From Candidatus Electrothrix yaqonensis (GTDB lineage: Bacteria; Desulfobacterota; Desulfobulbia; Desulfobulbales; Desulfobulbaceae): 32,000 nt of DNA. The position numbers and the translations under genes are program-made. Location of the stretch: assembly GCA_047651235.1 (NCBI GenBank), contig CP178758.1, positions 1,050,001-1,082,000 of the forward strand, written 5' to 3'. Position 1 is the stretch's first letter. Every line of letters begins with the position of its first letter. The notes beneath the pieces were generated by a model, which was not told the origin of the DNA, did no database searches, and was given only the letters and a program-made list of their open reading frames with translations. This document shows positions 1-7,495 of this stretch, one piece after another.

Positions 1-81
1 GGAATTAAAATCAGAAATGCCGAGATCACTTTGGAGATCGCGCGGCAGCGTTACGAATATCTGTTCGGAGGCAAAGGATAA
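1..81 (+). CDS. 3' end of an unidentified upstream gene (partial)
   Basis: Frame 1 is open from the window edge (..GIKIRNAEITLEIARQRYEYLFGGKG). It stops at TAA 79-81, 2 nt before the ATG of the next gene. It is too short to assign a family. Confidence 0.3.
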   Translation, partial: GIKIRNAEITLEIARQRYEYLFGGKG

Positions 82-83
82 TT

Positions 84-950
84 ATGGGATGGGGAAGCTA
101 TTCACTGGACAACCGTGCTGAACGGTCCAAAATCGAGGGATATACCACACGGTCTGTGCAGGAAATTTTTTCGCAGCAGGAAATGAACCGGGCCATGAGT
201 CCGTATGGCGTCAAGGTACGCGAGGCACGGGACTCGGAGGAACATCCCAACTCAGTGGCCATTATTCTGGCCCTGGATGTCACCGGTTCAATGGGGTCTA
301 TTCCCCATCATCTGGTCCGGGAAGGGCTGCCGAATATTATGGGCCGGATTATCCAGAGCGGCACCAGAGACCCGCAGCTTATGTTTCTCGCTATCGGTGA
401 CCATGAGTACGACCGGAGCCCGTTGCAGGTCGGTCAGTTTGAATCCAGCGATGAGCTGCTGGATAAATGGCTGACCAATGTCTATCTGGAAGGCGGAGGC
501 GGAGGTAATACCGGGGAGAGCTATCTGCTGGCCTGGTATTTTGCCGGATTTCATACCTCTATTGACTGCTTTGAAAAAAGAAAGCAGAAGGGGTTTCTTT
601 TTACTGTCGGAGATGAACCGACCTTGCCGGACATTCCGGCCAAGAACCTGCAGCATCTTATGGGCGGAGGACAGCAGGTTGCCTGTCATGCTGCCACGCT
701 GCTGGACAGGGCACGGGAGATGTATCACGTCTATCATCTGCATATCCGGCAGACCTATGCCGGAGGTATTCAGGAAACCATAGACGGATGGAAGCAGCTT
801 ATGGGGGATCATCTGATTATCCTTGAACATCATGAGGAAGTCTCCAGGATTATTCCGGAGATTGTCGCTGAGGTCACCCATCGTGAATCCGGAAACGGGG
901 ATTCCTCTGATTCCTCTTCGTCTTCGGAAGGGACAAAGATTATTCTCTGA
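84..950 (+). CDS. von Willebrand factor A (VWA) domain protein
   Basis: 288-aa ORF with a MIDAS-type DxTxS motif in LALDVTGSMG (D65 at nt 276-278). Later GGGGNTGESY and LFTVGDEP segments fit a VWA fold. The C-terminal tail is Ser-rich (DSSDSSSSSE). Confidence 0.75.
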   Translation: MGWGSYSLDNRAERSKIEGYTTRSVQEIFSQQEMNRAMSPYGVKVREARDSEEHPNSVAIILALDVTGSMGSIPHHLVREGLPNIMGRIIQSGTRDPQLMFLAIGDHEYDRSPLQVGQFESSDELLDKWLTNVYLEGGGGGNTGESYLLAWYFAGFHTSIDCFEKRKQKGFLFTVGDEPTLPDIPAKNLQHLMGGGQQVACHAATLLDRAREMYHVYHLHIRQTYAGGIQETIDGWKQLMGDHLIILEHHEEVSRIIPEIVAEVTHRESGNGDSSDSSSSSEGTKIIL

Positions 951-1002
951 GTCGATCCGGACAGACTGTTTTGACGAAGACCGGGATCTCTGCAGGGGAT
1001 TC

Positions 1003-2142
1003 ATGCATGGCATGGAAATAACAGCGCGCCATAAGATCGTTCTCGGAGCCGGGTTTGGTGATGAAGGCAAAGGAATGTTTACGGATTACCTGTGCCGAAA
1101 CGCTAAACGCCCTTTGGTTATCCGTTTTTCCGGGGGACAGCAGGCCGGGCATACAGTCGTGAGCGACGGTATCCGGCATGTTTTTTCCAATTTAGGTGCA
1201 GGTACCCTGCAGGGAGCACCGAGCTATTTTGCCCGATTCTGCACGATTGATCCGGTAGGGATTATCAACGAGCTTGAGGCGCTACGTGAAAAAGGAGTAG
1301 AACCGCTGCTCTACATTGACGCCGAATGTCCGGTCACAACGCCCTATGACATCCGCTACAATCAGCAGCATCACCCGCACGGGAGCTGCGGGGTCGGGGT
1401 CGGCGCAACCGTCAATCGGGAAGAGCATTTTTATTCGCTTACCTTTGCGGATCTGTTTTACCCGTGGGTCCTGGAAACCCGTCTTGAACTGCTGAAAAGG
1501 TTCTACAAAGGATATACAGATGTCGATCTGGAGGATTTTCTGGAATGCTGTGCTGTTCTTACCGGTTCCCCCTGGATTCGCAGAACCAGCGGACTGCCTG
1601 CCGATCCGCCTGATAGCCTGTACAGCGACTATATCTACGAAGGTTCCCAGGGCCTGCTGCTTGACCAGCATTACGGTTTTTTCCCCTATGTGACCCGTTC
1701 CGATACTGGAACAAAAAATGCTCTCTCCCTGTGCGGGGAGAACGAACCGGAAATATATCTGATCACCAGGGCGTATCAGACACGGCACGGCAAAGGGCCC
1801 ATGTCCAATGAAGAACTGCCGCACAATATCCGGCGAAATCCTCTGGAAACAAATACCTGCAACCGATTTCAGGGAGAGTTCCGGCGCACTCTGCTGGATC
1901 TTTCTCTGCTTGAATATGCCGTCAGCCGGGATACTCTGCTCCGTTCCTCATCGAAGAAGCATCTTGTTATCAACTGTTTGGATCATATTCGCGATGAATA
2001 TCGGTTCACCTGGCAGGGCCATATTGTTTATTGTGATAATGAGGCAGACTTTATCGGAAAAATTGCTGCCCAGCTGAACCTCCGTAAGGTGTATATCAGT
2101 TCGTCTGATGATTCCGGGGAGATCAGGCGGTTTTCTTTTTGA
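1003..2142 (+). CDS. divergent short adenylosuccinate synthetase-family (PurA-like) enzyme
   Basis: Track ORF is 823..2142. Its first 60 codons overlap the VWA gene and look non-coding, so the start is moved to ATG 1003 (AGGGGA just upstream; ATG 1012 is also possible). Family motifs appear in the PurA order: GAGFGDEGKG (nt 1057-1074 = GDEGKG), GGQQAGHTV, GSCGVGVGAT, YEGSQGLLLD..PYVTRS, TRAYQTRHGKGP, FQGEFRR, INCLD. At about 379 aa it is clearly diverged from housekeeping PurA. Confidence 0.8.
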   Translation: MHGMEITARHKIVLGAGFGDEGKGMFTDYLCRNAKRPLVIRFSGGQQAGHTVVSDGIRHVFSNLGAGTLQGAPSYFARFCTIDPVGIINELEALREKGVEPLLYIDAECPVTTPYDIRYNQQHHPHGSCGVGVGATVNREEHFYSLTFADLFYPWVLETRLELLKRFYKGYTDVDLEDFLECCAVLTGSPWIRRTSGLPADPPDSLYSDYIYEGSQGLLLDQHYGFFPYVTRSDTGTKNALSLCGENEPEIYLITRAYQTRHGKGPMSNEELPHNIRRNPLETNTCNRFQGEFRRTLLDLSLLEYAVSRDTLLRSSSKKHLVINCLDHIRDEYRFTWQGHIVYCDNEADFIGKIAAQLNLRKVYISSSDDSGEIRRFSF

Positions 2143-2382
2143 CTCACTGTCGCTTCCGTGGGGGTGCCTTGCTTGCGGTCAGCCGGTCAGCCAGCTTTGC
2201 GTTATTACTTCTACTTTGTCAACCATAACCTTTTGATCTATTTGTAAAAACTTCTTGCAATATCCGGATAAAGTTGTATCTTTCATTAGGAAGATTTTAT
2301 CGCTTTTTGATCAAGATAGCACCTGATAACAGCTATCAAAAAAATACCCGTCAATCGCCCTGATTATAACTTTATTCTTTTT

Positions 2383-3371
2383 ATGAACGCTCCCAGCCCC
2401 GAAAAAAGAAGTCCCCATGACAAATTCTTTGAGTTGACCGGCATCGCCCGGCAACTTACGTCTTTTCACGAAAGATATCATCATTTTTTTAAGAGACATA
2501 CGGTAAGTTTGTCAGATAAAGCATTCCAATACTTGAAAGGTTTATTCCAGGCTGACAAAAAAACATGGAACGTATGGAGGAAAAGGTTCCGGGCGTTAAA
2601 TATGAGCCCCTCCAGTATTTTCTTTCCGACTCGAACTGGGATTGGCGTCCTGTAAACAACCAAGTAGCTAAAGATGCGGATAACATTTTTGGAGGAAAGG
2701 AAGATAGCGCTCTTTTTATTGATGAATCCGGGATACCCAAAAAGGGTAAAATGTCTGTTGGGGTTTCTCGTCAATGGTGCGGGCAGCTTGGTAAAACCGA
2801 CAACTGTCAAGTAGTTCTACTTTGGCGATCATAAACATAACTAGCTTATTTTTATTAAGTATTTAAAAACCCCTGTTTTTAGTATTATTAATATTATTAA
2901 ATAGTTAATGGTATGGTCACCAAAGTAGAATTAGTTGTCAGACGTGAGGTTAAGTCCCCGAAAAAAATTAAATATAGCCTAAGTAATGCGGAAAGTAACA
3001 CGTCAACAAGACGACTTGCATATATGCAAGCTCAACGATATTGGGTTGAACGGCCATTTCAGGATGCAAAAAATGAATGTGGAATGGGTGATTATCAGGC
3101 TCGGGGATGGCTGGCTTGGCATCATCATATGACTATGGTCATGATGGCCATGTTGTTTATGGTCGAGCAACGATTATACCATCAAGTCGGTGTCCCGTTA
3201 TTGAGTTGCGCTGATATAACAACATTACTCAAGTCAATTCTTCCACGTCGAGATGTAAACGAAGATGAAGTTATAAGACAGCTTCGTCAACGGCATGAAA
3301 AGAGGCAAGCTTCGATTGATTTCGCATATGAGAAACAACCGAATTGCAAATTATTACCACAGCCTTTGTGA
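2383..3371 (+). pseudogene. IS701/IS4-type DDE transposase, frameshifted and internally deleted
   Basis: Three collinear fragments lie in different frames (2383..2655, 2565..2834, 2913..3371). Fragment 2 reads FLSDSNWDW..FIDESGIPKKGKMSVGVSRQWCGQLGKTDNCQV. Fragment 3 reads RYWVERPFQDAKNECGMGDYQARGWLAWHHHMTM. Both are typical of IS701-family transposases. The first frame switch is at an A7 run (2557..2563). The central catalytic part is absent and is replaced by AT-rich filler. Confidence 0.75.
2815..2930. repeat. inverted 11-mer pair (TTCTACTTTGG / CCAAAGTAGAA) flanking 94 bp of AT-rich DNA at the transposase deletion point
   Basis: TTCTACTTTGG lies at 2815..2825 and its exact reverse complement CCAAAGTAGAA at 2920..2930. 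A third, direct copy of CCAAAGTAGAA lies at 3375..3385, just after the transposase stop codon. Confidence 0.6.
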
Positions 3372-3415
3372 GTGCCAAAGTAGAAGTAACCAACTGTCCT
3401 TTATCGGGTGAAAGG

Positions 3416-4168
3416 TCACTTTTTTACCCCAAACCCATATTTTTCCAACACCTTCTTCGCCTCCGGGCTGCTCATATACGCATACAAGGCCTTTGCCGAT
3501 TTGTTTTTCGTCCCGGCAACAGTCAGGCCCAAAGGATAGGCCACGCGATCATACAAGTCATCCGGCACGGTGAAGAGAATCTCCGCATTGCGGGCCAGCA
3601 GGGCGTCGGTCCGATAGACAAAGGCCCCGTCCACCTCGCCCCGATCCGCATAAAGAAGCGCCTGCCGCACATCCTTGGCCATAACCAGCTTTCTCTGCTG
3701 CTCAAGCACCGTATACATCTTGGCGTGTTCCAGAGCCTGCTTGGCATACTGCCCTGCCGGAACGCTCTGCGGGCTGCCCAAGGCAATGCGGTCAAGCTCG
3801 GTTATTTTTTCCAATGTCAGGGGTGCAGGACGTTTTTCGCCGATAAAGACCAGCTTGTTATAGGCAAAGATACGGTCGGTCTTCGGGGCGATCAGCTCCT
3901 TTTCCAGCAGATAGCGCATCCATTTGGGATTGGCGGAAATATAGAGATCAGATGGTGCGCCTTGATCAATCTGTTTGGCCAGGGAGCCGGACGAAGAAAA
4001 ATTATTCTGAATTTTTACCGCTGGATGGCCCGCCTTAAAGTCGGTGATGATCTCCTTCAGGGCATCGGTCATGCTGGCTGCAGCGGAAAGATATACCGTC
4101 TCTGCCTGAACTGTCAGAGCAGCACAGAACTGAAATGCCAGAACGACGATAATTGTTTTGTATCTCAT
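3416..4168 (-). CDS. modA: molybdate (or tungstate) ABC transporter periplasmic substrate-binding protein
   Basis: 250 aa with a signal peptide (..CAALTVQA-ETV). It then shows the ModA hallmarks: VYLSAAASMTDAL, NFSSSGSLAKQIDQGAPSDLYISAN, and SVPAGQYAKQAL. Confidence 0.8.
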   Translation of the reverse strand: MRYKTIIVVLAFQFCAALTVQAETVYLSAAASMTDALKEIITDFKAGHPAVKIQNNFSSSGSLAKQIDQGAPSDLYISANPKWMRYLLEKELIAPKTDRIFAYNKLVFIGEKRPAPLTLEKITELDRIALGSPQSVPAGQYAKQALEHAKMYTVLEQQRKLVMAKDVRQALLYADRGEVDGAFVYRTDALLARNAEILFTVPDDLYDRVAYPLGLTVAGTKNKSAKALYAYMSSPEAKKVLEKYGFGVKK

Positions 4169-4185
4169 GATCTTCTCTTTGTTAT

Positions 4186-4428
4186 TTATATATGGTGATT
4201 GCCTGAAGTTATGGTTACGCCCAGATCCGCAGGTTTTGCATGAAAGACTGAACTGAGCACAATGCCGTCCACGCCGGTGCAGGCGTACTCCTGCACATTC
4301 TTCGGCCCGACCCCGCCTGCGCTTAAAACAATCAGACCCGGGAAGCGTACCATCGAATGCAGACTGGTTTTGCCGCTGCCTGAAGCACTGTTCAGGGTAC
4401 CGCGCAGATCAAAGCTGAGTGGCTTCAT
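4186..4428 (-). pseudogene. orphan 3' fragment of a modD / NadC-family phosphoribosyltransferase gene
   Basis: The residues VRFPGLIVLSAGGVGPKNVQEYACTGVDGIVLSSVFHAKPADLGVTI parallel the C-terminus of the 4973..5479 ORF. The first ~26 codons are unrelated. The fragment ends 17 bp upstream of the modA start. Confidence 0.6.
4238..4350. repeat. 113-bp duplicated modD segment, copy A
   Basis: Hand alignment to 5026..5138 gives about 10 mismatches in 113 bp. This includes an identical ~45-bp run, acattcttcggcccgaccccgcctgcgcttaaaacaatcagacc. Confidence 0.8.
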
Positions 4429-4635
4429 GAGAACAGACTGCAGACAGGTTGCCGTGTCCGGACAGCAGATGGATACAGCGACAAGTTGGTCATGATATTT
4501 ACATGAAAAAAATTATACCGCATAAATATATATATATCAATATGGACAAATATTTTTTTTTCATGGAAAATAAGCATTGAGAGGATATATAACGGAAGAA
4601 GATAAAATAGGAATTTTTCATATGAGGATATACTT

Positions 4636-4926
4636 ATGGTGAACAATATTCATTATTATGGATTAGATTGGATAGCAATGCTTGTAACATGTATCGCTCT
4701 CATTAAAATAGGAAACAAAAATAAAGACGGATTCATTATTATGATGAGCGGAAATACAACATGGGTTGTTGTTGGCATTTTAGCTGACAGCATGGCAATG
4801 ATATTGGCTAATGCTCTTTTCTTTTCAATGAATATCAGAGCAACCATAAAATGGTCAAAAGAAATGTCATCGCAGGAGTTAAATACCATCCAAAATATAC
4901 CTTGTTCTTGTCAACGTGATCCATAG
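4636..4926 (+). CDS. small predicted 3-TM membrane protein inside a low-GC insert
   Basis: 96-aa ORF with GAGGA 8 nt upstream of ATG 4636. It has three hydrophobic stretches: DWIAMLVTCIALIKIG, FIIMMSGNTTWVVVGIL and MAMILANALFFSMNI. The flanks are very AT-rich. No family was recognised. Confidence 0.45.
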   Translation: MVNNIHYYGLDWIAMLVTCIALIKIGNKNKDGFIIMMSGNTTWVVVGILADSMAMILANALFFSMNIRATIKWSKEMSSQELNTIQNIPCSCQRDP

Positions 4927-4972
4927 AGATGCACCTGAAAAAGAGATTGGAGACGAAATTGGCCTCCAAATC

Positions 4973-5645
4973 TTATGTATCAAACCAAAGAAGCTCAATG
5001 ATCACGAATAGATCAGCGATTTTGACATGAAAGACCGAACTGAGCAAAATGCCATCCACCCCGGTGCGGGCATAGTCTTGGACATTCTTCGGCCCGACCC
5101 CGCCTGCGCTTAAAACAATCAGACCGGGGAAGCGTACCTTCAGTTCCGCGCACCAGCCACTGAGCTGTTCCGGCGGAACCTTATCAAACTGCACAACATC
5201 TGTTCCGGCCTCTGCAGCCTGAACTGCCTGTTCCAGATCATCGCATTCCACGGTGATTTTCTGCTCACAGGCTGCGGCCTTCATACCGGCCAGCAGGCCG
5301 GGCAAAGCCTCCCGACCGCCGAGCAGGTTGAGATGATTTTCAAAGATCAGAATGGTTTCGGACAGACCGAGCCGGTGCGGAATGGCTCCTCCGGCCAGAA
5401 CAGCCTTGAGCAGCGGTTTTTTCAGACCCGGTTGATGCTTGCGGGTCACCAGCAGCGGAATATTGCTACACGATTTCAAAGATCCTCCCGGCCTCTTCGG
5501 TCAGGGCCAGTCGGGTCGGATGCCGGGTCGTCACCTGCAGGATGCCGGGCTGATTGTTGATCCCGAGCAGATGGCTGGTCAGATCAAGCATCGGCGCATC
5601 TTTATTGATCCACTGTTCGATTTCTTCGGTTGTAAAAAATATCAT
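4973..5645 (-). pseudogene. modD / NadC-family phosphoribosyltransferase, disrupted (frameshift plus internal deletion)
   Basis: The N-terminal piece is 5466..5645 (MIFFTTEEIEQWINKDAPMLDLTSHLL..TEEAGRIFEIV, then TAG). The remainder, 4973..5479, is in another frame (..LLVTRKHQPGLKKPLLKAVLAGGAIPHRLGLSETILIFENH..). About 70 residues expected between the two parts in ModD/NadC proteins have no room in the sequence. No SD precedes the ATG. Confidence 0.55.
5026..5138. repeat. 113-bp duplicated modD segment, copy B
   Basis: Partner of 4238..4350, with about 90 percent identity by hand alignment. Confidence 0.8.
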
Positions 5646-5690
5646 TAATGAGATCTATCGGAGGGAAGGGGGGACACAGTTGTGCATGCC

Positions 5691-5754
5691 GAAAAAAAGA
5701 AAAAAAATAACCGTCATCCGAACCGGGTAAGCTCGGCAGAGATGACGGTTATTT
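5691..5754 (-). terminator. rho-independent terminator after the 266-aa gene
   Basis: A perfect 14-bp stem pairs AAATAACCGTCATC (5705..5718) with GATGACGGTTATTT (5741..5754) around a 22-nt loop. On the minus strand it is followed by TTTTTCTTTTTTTC. It sits 30 nt past the stop codon at 5784. Confidence 0.7.
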
Positions 5755-5783
5755 TTGAAGAACAACAGAGAACTGTTACCTGC

Positions 5784-6584
5784 TTACCTGCTGGCTGCCT
5801 TGTGATGAAAGTCGTCCAGATTTTCGAGTTGCTTCTCTAGCTTTTCCACTGAAGCAAGAACGATCACAGGCAGGGCGGCTTTCTGGAGATCGACGAAGAA
5901 CTCCTGGGCCACCGGCCAGAACTCATTGATCTTGTCGCGGCTTTTCTGCGCACCGGCCGAATATTTTGTGTAGGCATTGATCTTGGACAGAGCGGCATCA
6001 AAGTCCTGCACAGCCTGCTTCAGCTGGGTCACGTTATTGTAATCCTTGAACTCGGCCTGGTAGGCGATGTAGAGCTTGTTGATACGCTCCAGCAGAAAGA
6101 GCATATGCTCTACCATAATCAGCATTGCCTCTTCCGGGCTTTCCTTGTGCATGTGCTGCTGAGCGATAAATTCCGCGCCTTCCAGCAGAGACTCGCTGTA
6201 GTCAATGATAAGCGCACCGTTTTCTCTGCTGTAGGGTTTGTTGAGCATACCATTCAGCTCGTTATAGGTGTAGTCAAGAAAGACCGCTATATTCCCTTCC
6301 TCCTTGTTTTTTCTGTCTATACCATCCTGAATGATGATCAGGTCTTTCTGCAGAATGGTGACGCTTTTTTTCAGGTCTTCTGCTGCCCGGTCAGGGCGGA
6401 CTCCCTGCTGCTTGTAAAAATAAGCCTTGGCGATTTTCTGGCTGAGGAATTCGACATTTTTTGCCGCTTCCAGCATAATCAGTTCGTGTTTCTTGTCAGC
6501 GGCAAAGGATGTGCTGCTCCACACTGTGCAGATGAAGAAGACAGCAGCTGATATCTTGAGAGCTGTTTTCCTGTTCATGTTCAT
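5784..6584 (-). CDS. secreted all-helical protein with PilJ/NIT-like sensor-type repeat, function unknown
   Basis: 266 aa with GGAGG 6 nt upstream and a signal peptide (..WSSTSFA-ADKK). The FLSQKIAKAYFY-type helix resembles periplasmic four-helix-bundle sensor domains. Its ATGA start overlaps the stop of the upstream gene. Confidence 0.7.
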   Translation of the reverse strand: MNMNRKTALKISAAVFFICTVWSSTSFAADKKHELIMLEAAKNVEFLSQKIAKAYFYKQQGVRPDRAAEDLKKSVTILQKDLIIIQDGIDRKNKEEGNIAVFLDYTYNELNGMLNKPYSRENGALIIDYSESLLEGAEFIAQQHMHKESPEEAMLIMVEHMLFLLERINKLYIAYQAEFKDYNNVTQLKQAVQDFDAALSKINAYTKYSAGAQKSRDKINEFWPVAQEFFVDLQKAALPVIVLASVEKLEKQLENLDDFHHKAASR

Positions 6585-7495
6585 GATTTTACCTCCCCGT
6601 GTACATATGCGATTTCTGTGATGGCTTTGAAGATCTCTCCGGCGTTTTTCTCATCCGCGATAGGAATGAAGTAGGATACGCTGCCCTCCACCAGGGTCTG
6701 TTCCATATCCAGAATGGTTTTCAGTTCCTCAAAGATTTCAGTTGCCATTTTTTCTGCGGCCGACGGCATCATGCGTCCTGAATCGCTGGTCGCCATCACG
6801 CTGAAGGCTATAAACTGCTTCTCGACCTTTTTCAGTTTTTCTTTGATTTCTTTTGAGACCAGTTTTTCGTCCTCTTCCAGCAGCTCCTTGTAGATTTTTT
6901 CTGTTTGATCAACGACCTCTTTGATTTCCTCTTCGTAATTGGAATCAGCGACCCCCCAAGCCTTCATCAGGTACAGAGCGGCCAGCCGCTGGGATTCCAT
7001 ACCCAGCTCGGCGACCAGCACCACGTCATGCTCCCCTTTGATACCGGTATCCCTGGAGATATCCTCAGCGACTTCCTCACATCGGGTGGTGTAGGCTTCA
7101 ACTTTTTTGCGAAGCGCACTCATCTTTGTTTTTTCAGGTTTCTTCTCAAATTCAGGTTTGAGTTCGTTCCAGGTCTTTTCAATCTCAAGGATTTCGGCAG
7201 TCAGCTTTTCATCCAGTTTATGGCTTTTCAGATCCTTGAGTTCCTCATCCATAATTTTGAGATTTTCTTCAAGATCTTTTTTGGGATCGTGATAATCCAC
7301 GCCCATGCCCACCAGGGCATAATCCTTCAGGATGCGGTTGGCCTGCATGCAGAGCGCTGCCATTTCATGGACATCTGTTGCAGAGGCATTTGCCGATACC
7401 TCGGAAGTGATCAGCAGCATAACAAGAGCTGTCCCCATCAGCAGGTATCTGGCAGGCAGATAAATCAGTTTTTTTGTCGTGTGTTTTCGTTGCAT
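6581..7495 (-). CDS. secreted all-helical protein (two PilJ/NIT-like half-repeats), function unknown
   Basis: 304 aa with an AAGGAG SD and a signal peptide (..ITSEVSA-NA). It contains two related segments: ALCMQANRILKDYALVGMGVDYHD and GMESQRLAALYLMKAWGVADSNYEE. The protein is strongly Glu/Lys-rich. Confidence 0.7.
   Translation of the reverse strand: MQRKHTTKKLIYLPARYLLMGTALVMLLITSEVSANASATDVHEMAALCMQANRILKDYALVGMGVDYHDPKKDLEENLKIMDEELKDLKSHKLDEKLTAEILEIEKTWNELKPEFEKKPEKTKMSALRKKVEAYTTRCEEVAEDISRDTGIKGEHDVVLVAELGMESQRLAALYLMKAWGVADSNYEEEIKEVVDQTEKIYKELLEEDEKLVSKEIKEKLKKVEKQFIAFSVMATSDSGRMMPSAAEKMATEIFEELKTILDMEQTLVEGSVSYFIPIADEKNAGEIFKAITEIAYVHGEVKS

Noticed and set aside
823-1002. N-terminal 60-codon extension of the PurA-like ORF
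   Set aside because: It overlaps the 3' end of the VWA gene in another frame and has no PurA-like sequence. Family homology begins right after ATG 1003/1012.
288-1070. 260-aa minus-strand ORF
   Set aside because: It is antisense to the VWA gene (MIDAS motif present on the plus strand), and no motifs of its own are visible.
3344-4198. 284-aa plus-strand ORF
   Set aside because: It is entirely antisense to modA, whose product has unmistakable ModA motifs. The plus-strand translation has no family features.
5439-5648. 69-aa plus-strand ORF
   Set aside because: It is antisense to the modD N-terminal fragment, which has the recognisable ModD/NadC N-terminal pattern on the minus strand.
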